From IMG/VR virus record IMGVR_UViG_3300031519_000205, positions 1 through 24,759 of that record: 24,759 nucleotides of DNA; one strand, written 5' to 3'. A program made the position numbers and the translations under genes. Under the pieces are notes generated by a model. That model was not told where the DNA came from, searched no databases, and saw only the letters and a list, made by a program, of their open reading frames with translations. The first letter of the stretch is position 1; each line of letters starts with the position of its first letter. This DNA is from a virus. Lineage: Duplodnaviria > Caudoviricetes. This document shows positions 17,646-24,759 of this stretch, in pieces.

Positions 17646-17646
17646 A

Positions 17647-18723
17647 CTACTCGGAACTCCTTTGCGATTCTTCAAGGTTGCCCGTATAGTCTTTTACGGA
17701 TTTTCCCTTTTCCCACATTTTACAAGACCAATAATTAGCTTTCCATTTTGGGCCGACTCTCGGAGTATCGCAACCCATTCGACTACGATAATTCTTTCGA
17801 GCTTCGTCATCATCACGGCGTATTTCCATGTTGGGATCGCCAAAACGAACCAGAACTACGTTGCTTTTATCATTCTTAGTATAGACACCGAACTTCTTTG
17901 AATTGCCTTTAGGCATACGGAACGGCTTGTCAAGTGTAACTTTTTTACCTTGATACTCTGCTGCTTCAAGGGTTTCATCCACTGATGCTTTTTTTGAGCG
18001 TGAGTGCGACTTAGGGAGTAAATCATTGTCTTGTTTATAATTTGGATTCGAAGGTCTGCCATTTCTTAGTAGGTAAAGGAATGCGTTCACTCTTGCTACT
18101 CCCCATCCGTTGCGACTCATATTAGGTGCGTGACTCTTAGAGAATGCACCAGCACCACGACGGAACACAGTAAGTAAAGCACCCATAGTTGCTTTTGGTC
18201 CTTTGCCCTTTTTGTTATGCTCTTTCATTTTATTCTCAATTGTTTTACGGGTTGCGGGTGAAACAACAATTTTTGAGTTGGGCTTCTTTGCTGAACCAGG
18301 CTTGTTCTTCTTAGAGCCTTTTCTTCGCTCATCGGGTTTAGCTGGTGTCTTTCTTGGGTCATTCTTTCCTGGCTTGCCGTATTGAACTGCTTCGACTGTT
18401 GCTTCGTCGAGGATTATTGTTCCGAACTGTGCAGCCTCTATGATTGAATTAAGGGTGTCGAAGTGGGTGTTCGCTTGTGAGGTGTCATCGGCCATACCCA
18501 AATAGCCATCGGCCTCACCGATCATCTCCGACATTCCTATCATGTCCTCAATTGGTCTATTACCTTTTTCTGGATCAAGAGCGTATTCTGCTGATTTGTC
18601 AGCGTATGAGTTGCAGACGGCATACCTTTGAGCAGAGTTCGAGAACTGTTCAAGCATTTTTTTGTCATCCATGCAACGTATCACAAAGGATTTTCGACTT
18701 TCGGTTGGCATTGGTTCTGGCAT
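17647..18723 (-). CDS. Basic multi-module head-associated protein (putative internal core polyprotein), 358 aa
   Basis: Modules: PEPMPTESRKSFVIRCM...QRYAVC; Lys-rich KPGKNDPRKTPAKP; VFRRGAGAF...WGVARVNAF (DUF5824-like, from memory); KKFGVY...RFGDPNMEI...ANYWSCKMW. Lies directly upstream of the protease. Confidence 0.7.
   Translation of the reverse strand: MPEPMPTESRKSFVIRCMDDKKMLEQFSNSAQRYAVCNSYADKSAEYALDPEKGNRPIEDMIGMSEMIGEADGYLGMADDTSQANTHFDTLNSIIEAAQFGTIILDEATVEAVQYGKPGKNDPRKTPAKPDERRKGSKKNKPGSAKKPNSKIVVSPATRKTIENKMKEHNKKGKGPKATMGALLTVFRRGAGAFSKSHAPNMSRNGWGVARVNAFLYLLRNGRPSNPNYKQDNDLLPKSHSRSKKASVDETLEAAEYQGKKVTLDKPFRMPKGNSKKFGVYTKNDKSNVVLVRFGDPNMEIRRDDDEARKNYRSRMGCDTPRVGPKWKANYWSCKMWEKGKSVKDYTGNLEESQRSSE
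17663..17678 (-). promoter_or_regulatory. Late promoter motif ACCTTGAAGAATCGCA
   Basis: Core begins exactly 30 nt before protease ATG 17645; 15/16 identical to the portal copy. Confidence 0.7.
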
Positions 18724-18732
18724 AGTATCATC

Positions 18733-20271
18733 TCATGAAATAGGTATTAGTTCATTACGTTCTTCATCAACAGACCAAATATCACGCTGAACCCATATTT
18801 GAAGACACACCTCATAAGTAGCTCCCACTTCAATATCGACTATTGTATGGTTTGCTACATAAGATGATTGCCCGTTGAGATTATATCCTAATGTTTGATA
18901 GTAAATTACGGTCTGGTTGTCTTTGTGCTTAAAGAAAATATCTATTTGAACATATTTGACTTCTTCACAAGACCAGTCAGCATCCCAGAAGACGGTTACA
19001 TTTGACAGTGATGAATTAGAGTTGTTATAGTCAATACCATGTGATACACTGTAAAAGCTGGCTGTTCCGTTGCATGGTGGCTCTGGTTCAACATAGGTAT
19101 CAATCTGTATTTGAGGTGTTATCTCGCAGCACTCTTCACCTTGTCCTTCTGGAAAGAAGCGAGTCTCGAATGAGTAATTACCATCACCAAGATTAGTCCA
19201 GTCATCATGTCGGATAACTATTTCTGTTTCTGCGCCCTTTACTTCATACTCACCTAATTCCTCATCGTATGAGTCTTGATAGCTATTTTCCTTATAGTAT
19301 GAAACCATTACTCCAACACTACTTTCACAGTCATTATGATTTATAATTTTCAAGTGAGCTTGGAGGCTGTTGTTATCATAGGTTGTAGCCCATGAGTCGG
19401 AGGATGAATAGTCTGGTATGCAAGCCTGTTCTTCAATGATAAAGTCGCCTTCGACATTTTGATGCCAGTTTGAGCCTTGAGCTTGAGCATCAATCTCCAC
19501 ATCGTATTCGCCTGGAGGCAAGTCGGTGAATTGGTCGCCAACAGACCACTCATTGTCGAAGCGGTTGTTCCAGAACTTCTCATCATAGTATTGACCGTCT
19601 TTATTGAGAGTCATTGTTATTTGAGCATCCATAGGGGTATTGCAGTTATTCATATCCTTGAATCGAGCATCTATCCAAACGTTGTTGTCGCCCCTAAGCT
19701 CACCGTATAGAATCCATTCCCACTGTGAATCACATGGAGGCGGAGTATTGTCAAATTGACATGATCCGTCATCCCATGAAGCCATAGGGTCATAATTTAT
19801 TGCATCGTGGGCCAAACAGCCGCCGTAGTCGTTGTTGTATTCATCATGTATTTCTAGTGATGATTCATCACTATTGAAAAAGCCCATGCTTGACATTGTT
19901 CCTCCGGTTAAGAGTAAAAATACGGGTATTATGATGATAGCGATTTTCTTGAGGTTCTGGACTTTACGGTGAACGGATTCAATCGCTCTATCCACTATGT
20001 CGCCTTCGAGTGTTGTTTCGACATTGACATTGGTTTTGTTATCGCCGCCGTTAAGAACGGTGTTCTCGGACACTTCTTTGTTAATCTCTTGAACAGTAGC
20101 AATAAGCTCTGCTGCTTCTTTGAGTTGAGCTACCAGGTCTTCTTTTGGTTTGTTGGAGTCATTCAATACTCCATCATCTTCAAGATCGGCGAGAACGTCT
20201 TTGAAGTCACGACCAGTAGCCTCTGCAAGCAATTTAGCTTTGGCTATGAGGTCGTCATCAATCTCTGGCAT
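18733..20271 (-). CDS. Single-pass membrane protein with three Ig-like extracellular repeats, 512 aa
   Basis: ~110-aa acidic helical N-domain, then KK and a TM segment (IAIIIIPVFLLLTGG), the motif GCLAHDAINYDPMASWDDGSC, three Cys-paired beta repeats and 8 N-x-S/T sequons. Confidence 0.8.
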   Translation of the reverse strand: MPEIDDDLIAKAKLLAEATGRDFKDVLADLEDDGVLNDSNKPKEDLVAQLKEAAELIATVQEINKEVSENTVLNGGDNKTNVNVETTLEGDIVDRAIESVHRKVQNLKKIAIIIIPVFLLLTGGTMSSMGFFNSDESSLEIHDEYNNDYGGCLAHDAINYDPMASWDDGSCQFDNTPPPCDSQWEWILYGELRGDNNVWIDARFKDMNNCNTPMDAQITMTLNKDGQYYDEKFWNNRFDNEWSVGDQFTDLPPGEYDVEIDAQAQGSNWHQNVEGDFIIEEQACIPDYSSSDSWATTYDNNSLQAHLKIINHNDCESSVGVMVSYYKENSYQDSYDEELGEYEVKGAETEIVIRHDDWTNLGDGNYSFETRFFPEGQGEECCEITPQIQIDTYVEPEPPCNGTASFYSVSHGIDYNNSNSSLSNVTVFWDADWSCEEVKYVQIDIFFKHKDNQTVIYYQTLGYNLNGQSSYVANHTIVDIEVGATYEVCLQIWVQRDIWSVDEERNELIPIS

Positions 20272-20273
20272 TA

Positions 20274-20705
20274 TCACTCACCCATTTTTTTAACTGGTTT
20301 GAGTTTGACAATTGTTTCTTTATGTTTTTCAACAATATGCTCATGCTCTTGAGATAATTTGCTTATTTCATGGGCGTGAGTCATTTGGGCTTTTTCCATT
20401 TCGATTATGTGAGATTTACGTTCAGCGTCGAGTGTTCTTTCATTTTCTAAGCCCACACCTATGTTTTCAATTTTAATAGCCTGTTCGGATTCCCACATTC
20501 GGAGAACGGTGCTAAGAGCTGGTGCTGCAACACCACTAATGATAGCGATAAGTGCTATGAACCCGTCAAGGTTGGTGAGAACTACGTCTGGCTTCCATAT
20601 ACCCATCCCCACTACTGCACCAGAGGCAATAAGCCATAGGTAGATTGTAGGCAAGACTGTTCTTTTTACCATTCTGTCGTTAAAGGAATTATCTTTTTTT
20701 GTCAT
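20274..20705 (-). CDS. Two-TM membrane protein with His-rich coiled-coil tail, 143 aa
   Basis: TM segments VLPTIYLWLIASGAVVGMGIW and GFIALIAIISGVAAPAL; SD AAGGTGA. Confidence 0.8.
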   Translation of the reverse strand: MTKKDNSFNDRMVKRTVLPTIYLWLIASGAVVGMGIWKPDVVLTNLDGFIALIAIISGVAAPALSTVLRMWESEQAIKIENIGVGLENERTLDAERKSHIIEMEKAQMTHAHEISKLSQEHEHIVEKHKETIVKLKPVKKMGE

Positions 20706-20715
20706 ATTATTCACC

Positions 20716-20853
20716 TTAGTATGGTTTAGGCCAGAAAGCGGCTTGTTTAATGTTGCAGTAATGGCAGTATTCAGTTAATTTTGATGTCATCTGTGAACAC
20801 TTCTTCGGATGATGAGAGCAACTTTTAATACCATCTCCTTCAACTCTATCCAT
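20716..20853 (-). CDS. Cys/His-rich microprotein (putative Zn finger), 45 aa
   Basis: Not in the ORF track. MDRVEGDGIKSCSHHPKKCSQMTSKLTEYCHYCNIKQAAFWPKPY*; SD AAGGTGA; fills the gap after the portal. Confidence 0.7.
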   Translation of the reverse strand: MDRVEGDGIKSCSHHPKKCSQMTSKLTEYCHYCNIKQAAFWPKPY

Positions 20854-20872
20854 TTTGCTCTCACCTTTGCTC

Positions 20873-22279
20873 TCATGGTTTCACATCATTAACAACTTCG
20901 CCAGGGCGAGGTAGTTCGCCTGTTGGTCCTGTGGTTGGTGGTGGTGCTACAACATTACCCATCTCTGTCGCATCGAGGTCATTCATCTCTCTTGCTTCGT
21001 TTCTGGTTAATATACCAGCATCAATACCCATCTTGGCTCTTTGCATTTTGTGGAGTGGACTTTCTTGATCCACAGGCTGAAAGACCAAAGGAGGTAAGTC
21101 AGCTCTTTTATGTGGTATTCCGAGTAGTTCGAGGTGATCGGAGAATAGATGTTGGATTTTCTCGGCTACAATTGTTTGTAGTCGCTCAATAGCCATAACA
21201 GACCACATATTAGCGTTGTAAGTGGCTGCGAAGGTCGAACCGGACTCTTGCCCTGCTGCTACTCTCGGAACATTGAGAACGGCTGATATGTCGGCGTTGA
21301 TAGAATCTAAGAAGTTTGTATCGTCTGGAATGCTGTTCGACAAATCGACATGGTGCATTTCGACATAGTGAGGCAGAATTGGTATTTGGTCTGCTCGAAG
21401 GTTCTCCATAAGAGAGCCGACTTGCTCCATGATGTATGTTAAGCGTTCTCTGGCTTCGTCTGGGTCTGGTATTCCTTCAATGGCCTCTTTGCCGATTTTG
21501 ATGTATTGGCGGGTGAGAGCGTCTTGTAGAGCGAGTCTGTTGTTGATAGTGTTGTATTTGGCTCGGATAGCTTGTTTGAGGGAGGTAAAACGGGATGCGC
21601 CCCAAACACCGTAAGTCCAACGGCCCAAGTAGTCTTGTTCCCAATTAGAACGTGCATCAAGGCGGAAGTGAAGGATTTCATCAGCAGGGAATGTTTGCAT
21701 ATCGACTTGTTGCTCACGGAAGCGATACCAGCGAGCTTCCATGATTGGATTGTCTTTAGTGGCAAATACGCCAGAGTAGCCGACAGCCATTGGTTCTCTG
21801 TCATCGGTGATGGTGATTTGTTTGATAGGCAAGGATTGAACCCTGGTAATACCTTCGCCAGCACGACCTATGAGCTTGTTGATACTGTTTCCATACACCA
21901 TGAGGTCACGCATGGTTGCTACGAGTAGATCGTCAAAGTCTAAGCGTTCTTCGCATAGTTCCTTGATAGCCTTGCGAATCGCACTGTTCTTTGCTCTGTT
22001 GTATTCGACTTCATAGTGATTGGCTGTGAGAGAGACTGAACGGACAGCTCCGTTGAGTTCGGGGTCAAGTTCGACCATAGCATCGTAAATGTCGAAGTCG
22101 TTATCGTAGTTGGCATCGAGGCGGAGCTTGTTGGTGTCATTCATAATGTCAGCCAGGCCAGCAATTGCAGCAAAGCTATGTTGAGGTTTTATTGATCCAG
22201 AAGCAACAGGAGGGGGCGTAGTGACCTTTTCTTCACTACGGCCTGTAACTGCACTAACTATACGTTGCCGAAGGCCCAT
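20873..22279 (-). CDS. Portal protein, 468 aa
   Basis: Portal motifs RDLMVYGNS, FPADEILHFR, ISAVLNVP and GILTRNEARE. Start at ATG 22279, 30 nt from a promoter motif. Confidence 0.92.
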   Translation of the reverse strand: MGLRQRIVSAVTGRSEEKVTTPPPVASGSIKPQHSFAAIAGLADIMNDTNKLRLDANYDNDFDIYDAMVELDPELNGAVRSVSLTANHYEVEYNRAKNSAIRKAIKELCEERLDFDDLLVATMRDLMVYGNSINKLIGRAGEGITRVQSLPIKQITITDDREPMAVGYSGVFATKDNPIMEARWYRFREQQVDMQTFPADEILHFRLDARSNWEQDYLGRWTYGVWGASRFTSLKQAIRAKYNTINNRLALQDALTRQYIKIGKEAIEGIPDPDEARERLTYIMEQVGSLMENLRADQIPILPHYVEMHHVDLSNSIPDDTNFLDSINADISAVLNVPRVAAGQESGSTFAATYNANMWSVMAIERLQTIVAEKIQHLFSDHLELLGIPHKRADLPPLVFQPVDQESPLHKMQRAKMGIDAGILTRNEAREMNDLDATEMGNVVAPPPTTGPTGELPRPGEVVNDVKP

Positions 22280-22296
22280 GATTGTTTGAGGGGGCG

Positions 22297-22312
22297 TGTG
22301 ATTCTTCAAGGT
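22297..22312 (-). promoter_or_regulatory. Late promoter motif ACCTTGAAGAATCACA
   Basis: Core starts exactly 30 nt before the portal ATG; no SD in between. Confidence 0.7.
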
Positions 22313-22314
22313 AT

Positions 22315-22524
22315 TCATTGAATGAGGGCTGTGAAAGCCAAGAGAAGAAGTCCGAGAACACCGCCAGTCTGTGCAACCTTACGCTTAATTTGTCTGTCGA
22401 GGGCAAACATAGGGCCATCCTTTATTTGCTGAATCCCTGTGGATATATCATGCACGTCACTTTCAATGGTGGAAAGTCTATCTCCATGATTTTTAAGGAT
22501 TAAGAGGATAGCGTCATTAGGCAT
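22315..22524 (-). CDS. Small coiled-coil protein with C-terminal TM (XhlA/holin-like architecture), 69 aa
   Basis: MPNDAILLILKNHGDRLSTIESDVHDI...GGVLGLLLLAFTALIQ; promoter motif 30 nt upstream. Confidence 0.72.
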   Translation of the reverse strand: MPNDAILLILKNHGDRLSTIESDVHDISTGIQQIKDGPMFALDRQIKRKVAQTGGVLGLLLLAFTALIQ

Positions 22525-22541
22525 GAAATAAAATAAGACGG

Positions 22542-22557
22542 TGCGATATTTGAAGGT
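22542..22557 (-). promoter_or_regulatory. Late promoter motif ACCTTCAAATATCGCA in 39-bp divergent intergenic region
   Basis: Core starts exactly 30 nt before ATG 22524 and overlaps the SD (AAGGTGG) of the divergent gene. Confidence 0.62.
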
Positions 22558-22563
22558 GGCAGT

Positions 22564-22770
22564 ATGACAGAAAATACAACAGGAAATATAACGACTGAAG
22601 AGTATATTGACAGAAGAGGCTTTGCTACCTGCTGGTGGTGCGGCCATAAGCTGATTTGGCAAAGCGACTTCATGAAAGACGAATGGGGAATGGCTGGTGA
22701 AGGAATGGTTACTATTCTTCTTTGTTCTGGCTGTGATGCTGAATGCCGAATGATTGAGGCTGATGAATAA
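22564..22770 (+). CDS. Zn-ribbon microprotein, 68 aa
   Basis: CWWC...LIWQSDF...GEGMV...CSGC; SD AAGGTGG. Confidence 0.78.
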   Translation: MTENTTGNITTEEYIDRRGFATCWWCGHKLIWQSDFMKDEWGMAGEGMVTILLCSGCDAECRMIEADE

Positions 22771-22843
22771 TGAGATTCTGGGCGAACTTTATTCATTTAC
22801 TTATCAATAAGTCGAAGCTCTATCAAGCATGGAGGAATAAGAG

Positions 22844-22984
22844 ATGAAATGCGTATGTGGTGGAGAGATTATCTGGGGAGGCGATCATACCTTCGAGGAT
22901 TATGGCACTGAAGGAGAAGGTATTGTTTCAAATGGTTCGTGTAAAGACTGTCCGAATTATGTCTTGCTGTATTGTCCTTTTTAG
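22844..22984 (+). CDS. Zn-ribbon microprotein, 46 aa, paralogue of preceding gene
   Basis: Not in the ORF track. MKCVCGGEIIWGGDHTFEDYGTEGEGIVSNGSCKDCPNYVLLYCPF*; SD GGAGG. Confidence 0.8.
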   Translation: MKCVCGGEIIWGGDHTFEDYGTEGEGIVSNGSCKDCPNYVLLYCPF

Positions 22985-22989
22985 GACAA

Positions 22990-23005
22990 ACCTTGATTTA
23001 TCGGA
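22990..23005 (+). promoter_or_regulatory. Late promoter motif ACCTTGATTTATCGGA (terminase operon)
   Basis: Core starts exactly 30 nt before ATG 23023. Confidence 0.65.
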
Positions 23006-23022
23006 CTTGCGCTAAAGTGTCT

Positions 23023-23160
23023 ATGCAAGAATGTAGTAATGCGTGGAACTCTCATCAATGGGTGATAGCTCAAGTGAATGAGCAGTATAGAACTGTTGTT
23101 CTTTATTGTGGTCGGTGCGGAGCTGAACTTCTAAGCCAGGTTGGGGGTTCAACAGTATGA
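23023..23160 (+). CDS. Cys/His Zn-finger microprotein, 45 aa
   Basis: MQECSNAWNSHQW...VNEQYRTVVLYCGRC; start reassigned from TTG 22972; ATGA overlap with the next gene. Confidence 0.75.
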   Translation: MQECSNAWNSHQWVIAQVNEQYRTVVLYCGRCGAELLSQVGGSTV

Positions 23161-23384
23161 CTGACTGTGAAGGCGATTGGAACTCTCATCGTTGGGAGAT
23201 AAACCAACGTGAATGTCTTTTATTCTGTAACCAGTGTGGCTGCGAGATCGGATTTGAACTTAAAGGTGGCAAACACACCTGGGAGGTTGAAGCGGTCAAT
23301 GAAGAAGCCAATACGGTTTCATTGTATTGTGTTGGTTGCCTCAAAGTATCATTCGATGCAAAAGTAAGGTGGGCGACAGCATGA
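23157..23384 (+). CDS. Double Zn-finger microprotein, 75 aa, paralogue of preceding gene
   Basis: CEGDWNSHRW...CNQC and HTW...VNEEANTVSLYCVGC; ATGA overlap with terminase. Confidence 0.75.
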   Translation: MTDCEGDWNSHRWEINQRECLLFCNQCGCEIGFELKGGKHTWEVEAVNEEANTVSLYCVGCLKVSFDAKVRWATA

Positions 23385-24759
23385 AGGGATTCTCTCTTGA
23401 GCGTTCAAGGAATGACGTAGGTTATTTTTATGAGTGGCTTGGATATAATCGAGGCGAGCATATTGATGAGTGGCTTGAGCTTTATGATGACCGAAAGGGA
23501 ACTCAAGTGCATCGAGTGTGTATTATTGCTCCCAGAGATCATTCTAAGTCCACTACATTGAGAATTAAGCTGTTGCATGATGCTTTGTTTAAGAAGTGGA
23601 GGAATAAGCCTTTCACGTGCTGGTTGTTTTCTGCAAGTAAAGATACGGCGAGCAACCGACTTACAGAGATTCGAGAGGATTTAACAAGGCATCCAGAGCT
23701 TCGTAAGTTCATTGACGATAAGCGAGGTGGTAAGTTCGAGTTGAGATTGACAAATGGTGCGTGGATCAAGGCGACAGGTATGGGTTCAGCTATGCGTGGT
23801 GAGCATCCGGCCTGTATTGCTTTGGATGACGTTTTGACGGACATGGGCGATACACCTATGGATTCGGTGAGACTTTGGTTGCAGAAGGTGGTGACACCGA
23901 TGTTAAGCCCTGGAACGAGCTTGTATTGTGTCGGGACACCGATGAGTGCGGTTGATCTGTATCATACGGAGATGTTATCGAATGAGGCATGGAAGTCTGG
24001 CACATGGTCTGCGATTCCTAATTGGGATGAGTGGAGAGCCAGTGCTGGTGAGATAAAACCGCAGGTGTTGTGGCCGGAACAGAGGTCATTGGCGTTCATC
24101 ATGGAACAGAAAGGAGCTATGGGTGACTTAGCTTTTGCACAGGAGTATCTGTGTAAGGTGATGGATGATGACTCGGCAGCATATCCGAGGTCGCACACTC
24201 GAAAGAATCTGGACTTAGAGGTGGGTCTTTCATACAACAAAGAACACCAGGGCAAGTATGTGATTGGGTTTGATCCGGCACATGGCTTAGGACAGGATTA
24301 TTCGGTTGCTGTGGTTGTTCGACAGGATGAGCAGGGCTATTTGCACGTTGTAAATATGTGGCGGAGGAACGATTTTCCTCCAATGAGGCAAGCTGAAAAA
24401 TTAGTGGAATTATGCAAAATATACGGGAATGCCACGCTTTCGGCTGAATCTGCGGGTTTTCAGCAACTTTATGAAAGTTTGATTTCGCAAATGGGAGCTG
24501 TGGTCGATTACAGACCGAGCAAGGTCAGCAATAAGGGGCTGAAGCAAGGGCTGTTGAACCGGATGAGGGTTTGGTTCGAGCAAGGTAAAATTGTATTCCC
24601 GTATGGCAACCATGATACCAGAAGGGTCATTGATGTGATGCTGGATGAGCTTGAGTGCCACGTCTGGAAAGGCGGGGATATTGTCGATCTTGGAAAACAC
24701 AATGATACAGCTATGGCTCTTGCTCATGCGATAGACTGCTTCTCGAATAGAGATGGCAT
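23381..24759 (+). CDS. terL: Terminase large subunit, truncated at right edge
   Basis: Not in the ORF track. Starts MKGFSLERSRND; Walker A IIAPRDHSKST, Walker B RGEHPACIALDD, coupling motif VGTPM, nuclease motifs VIGFDPAHGLGQDYS and GKHNDTAMALA. Confidence 0.95.
   Translation, partial: MKGFSLERSRNDVGYFYEWLGYNRGEHIDEWLELYDDRKGTQVHRVCIIAPRDHSKSTTLRIKLLHDALFKKWRNKPFTCWLFSASKDTASNRLTEIREDLTRHPELRKFIDDKRGGKFELRLTNGAWIKATGMGSAMRGEHPACIALDDVLTDMGDTPMDSVRLWLQKVVTPMLSPGTSLYCVGTPMSAVDLYHTEMLSNEAWKSGTWSAIPNWDEWRASAGEIKPQVLWPEQRSLAFIMEQKGAMGDLAFAQEYLCKVMDDDSAAYPRSHTRKNLDLEVGLSYNKEHQGKYVIGFDPAHGLGQDYSVAVVVRQDEQGYLHVVNMWRRNDFPPMRQAEKLVELCKIYGNATLSAESAGFQQLYESLISQMGAVVDYRPSKVSNKGLKQGLLNRMRVWFEQGKIVFPYGNHDTRRVIDVMLDELECHVWKGGDIVDLGKHNDTAMALAHAIDCFSNRDG

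Noticed and set aside
20787-20876. 29-aa ORF MRAKVRAKWIELKEMVLKVALIIRRSVHR coupled to the portal stop
   Set aside because: The overlapping 45-aa Cys/His ORF has a clear AAGGTGA SD and fills the gap better.
22525-22796. Minus-strand ORF extension to 22662 and ORF 22500..22796
   Set aside because: Both are antisense to a convincing Zn-ribbon gene; ATG 22524 fits the promoter spacing.
23539-24727. Several minus-strand ORFs at the right end
   Set aside because: Antisense shadows of terL.
1-24759. CRISPR arrays, tRNAs, inteins or introns, diversity-generating retroelement repeats, integrase
   Set aside because: By eye I saw no spaced repeats, cloverleafs, intein motifs in TerL or portal, reverse transcriptase or recombinase; weak signals could have been missed without tools.

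Overview
This window is the virion morphogenesis module of a long-tailed (siphovirus-like) dsDNA virus with an HK97-type head. The host is probably an archaeon, most likely Marine Group II/Poseidoniales ('magrovirus'-like). That call is an inference from GGTGA-type Shine-Dalgarno sites, TATA-spaced leaderless promoters, a GC-x(4)-A-x-NYD-x-x-A-x-x-DDGSC surface-protein motif and my recollection of the capsid family; I ran no database search. The minus strand reads, right to left: small membrane protein, portal, Zn-finger microprotein, 2-TM protein, Ig-like membrane glycoprotein, basic multi-module protein, prohead protease/scaffold, cement, major capsid protein, SAP and HeH-like proteins, adaptor, fibre, small proteins, second adaptor, gp10-like protein, tail terminator, tail tube, tail chaperone with a -1 frameshift, tape measure, and a >1343-aa hub-like tail protein that runs off the left edge. 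The plus strand is divergent and carries four Zn-finger microproteins followed by the large terminase, which runs off the right edge. The ORF track missed both edge-truncated genes and two microproteins. Main findings: (1) a promoter motif exactly 30 nt upstream of four start codons; (2) a CCCTTTG -1 frameshift; (3) a nested scaffold gene with its own promoter and SD; (4) a candidate protease cleavage motif linking a head polyprotein, the protease and the capsid protein; (5) a membrane-protein cassette inside the head operon that may be an undescribed egress or exclusion system. No tRNA, rRNA, CRISPR array or mobile element was seen.
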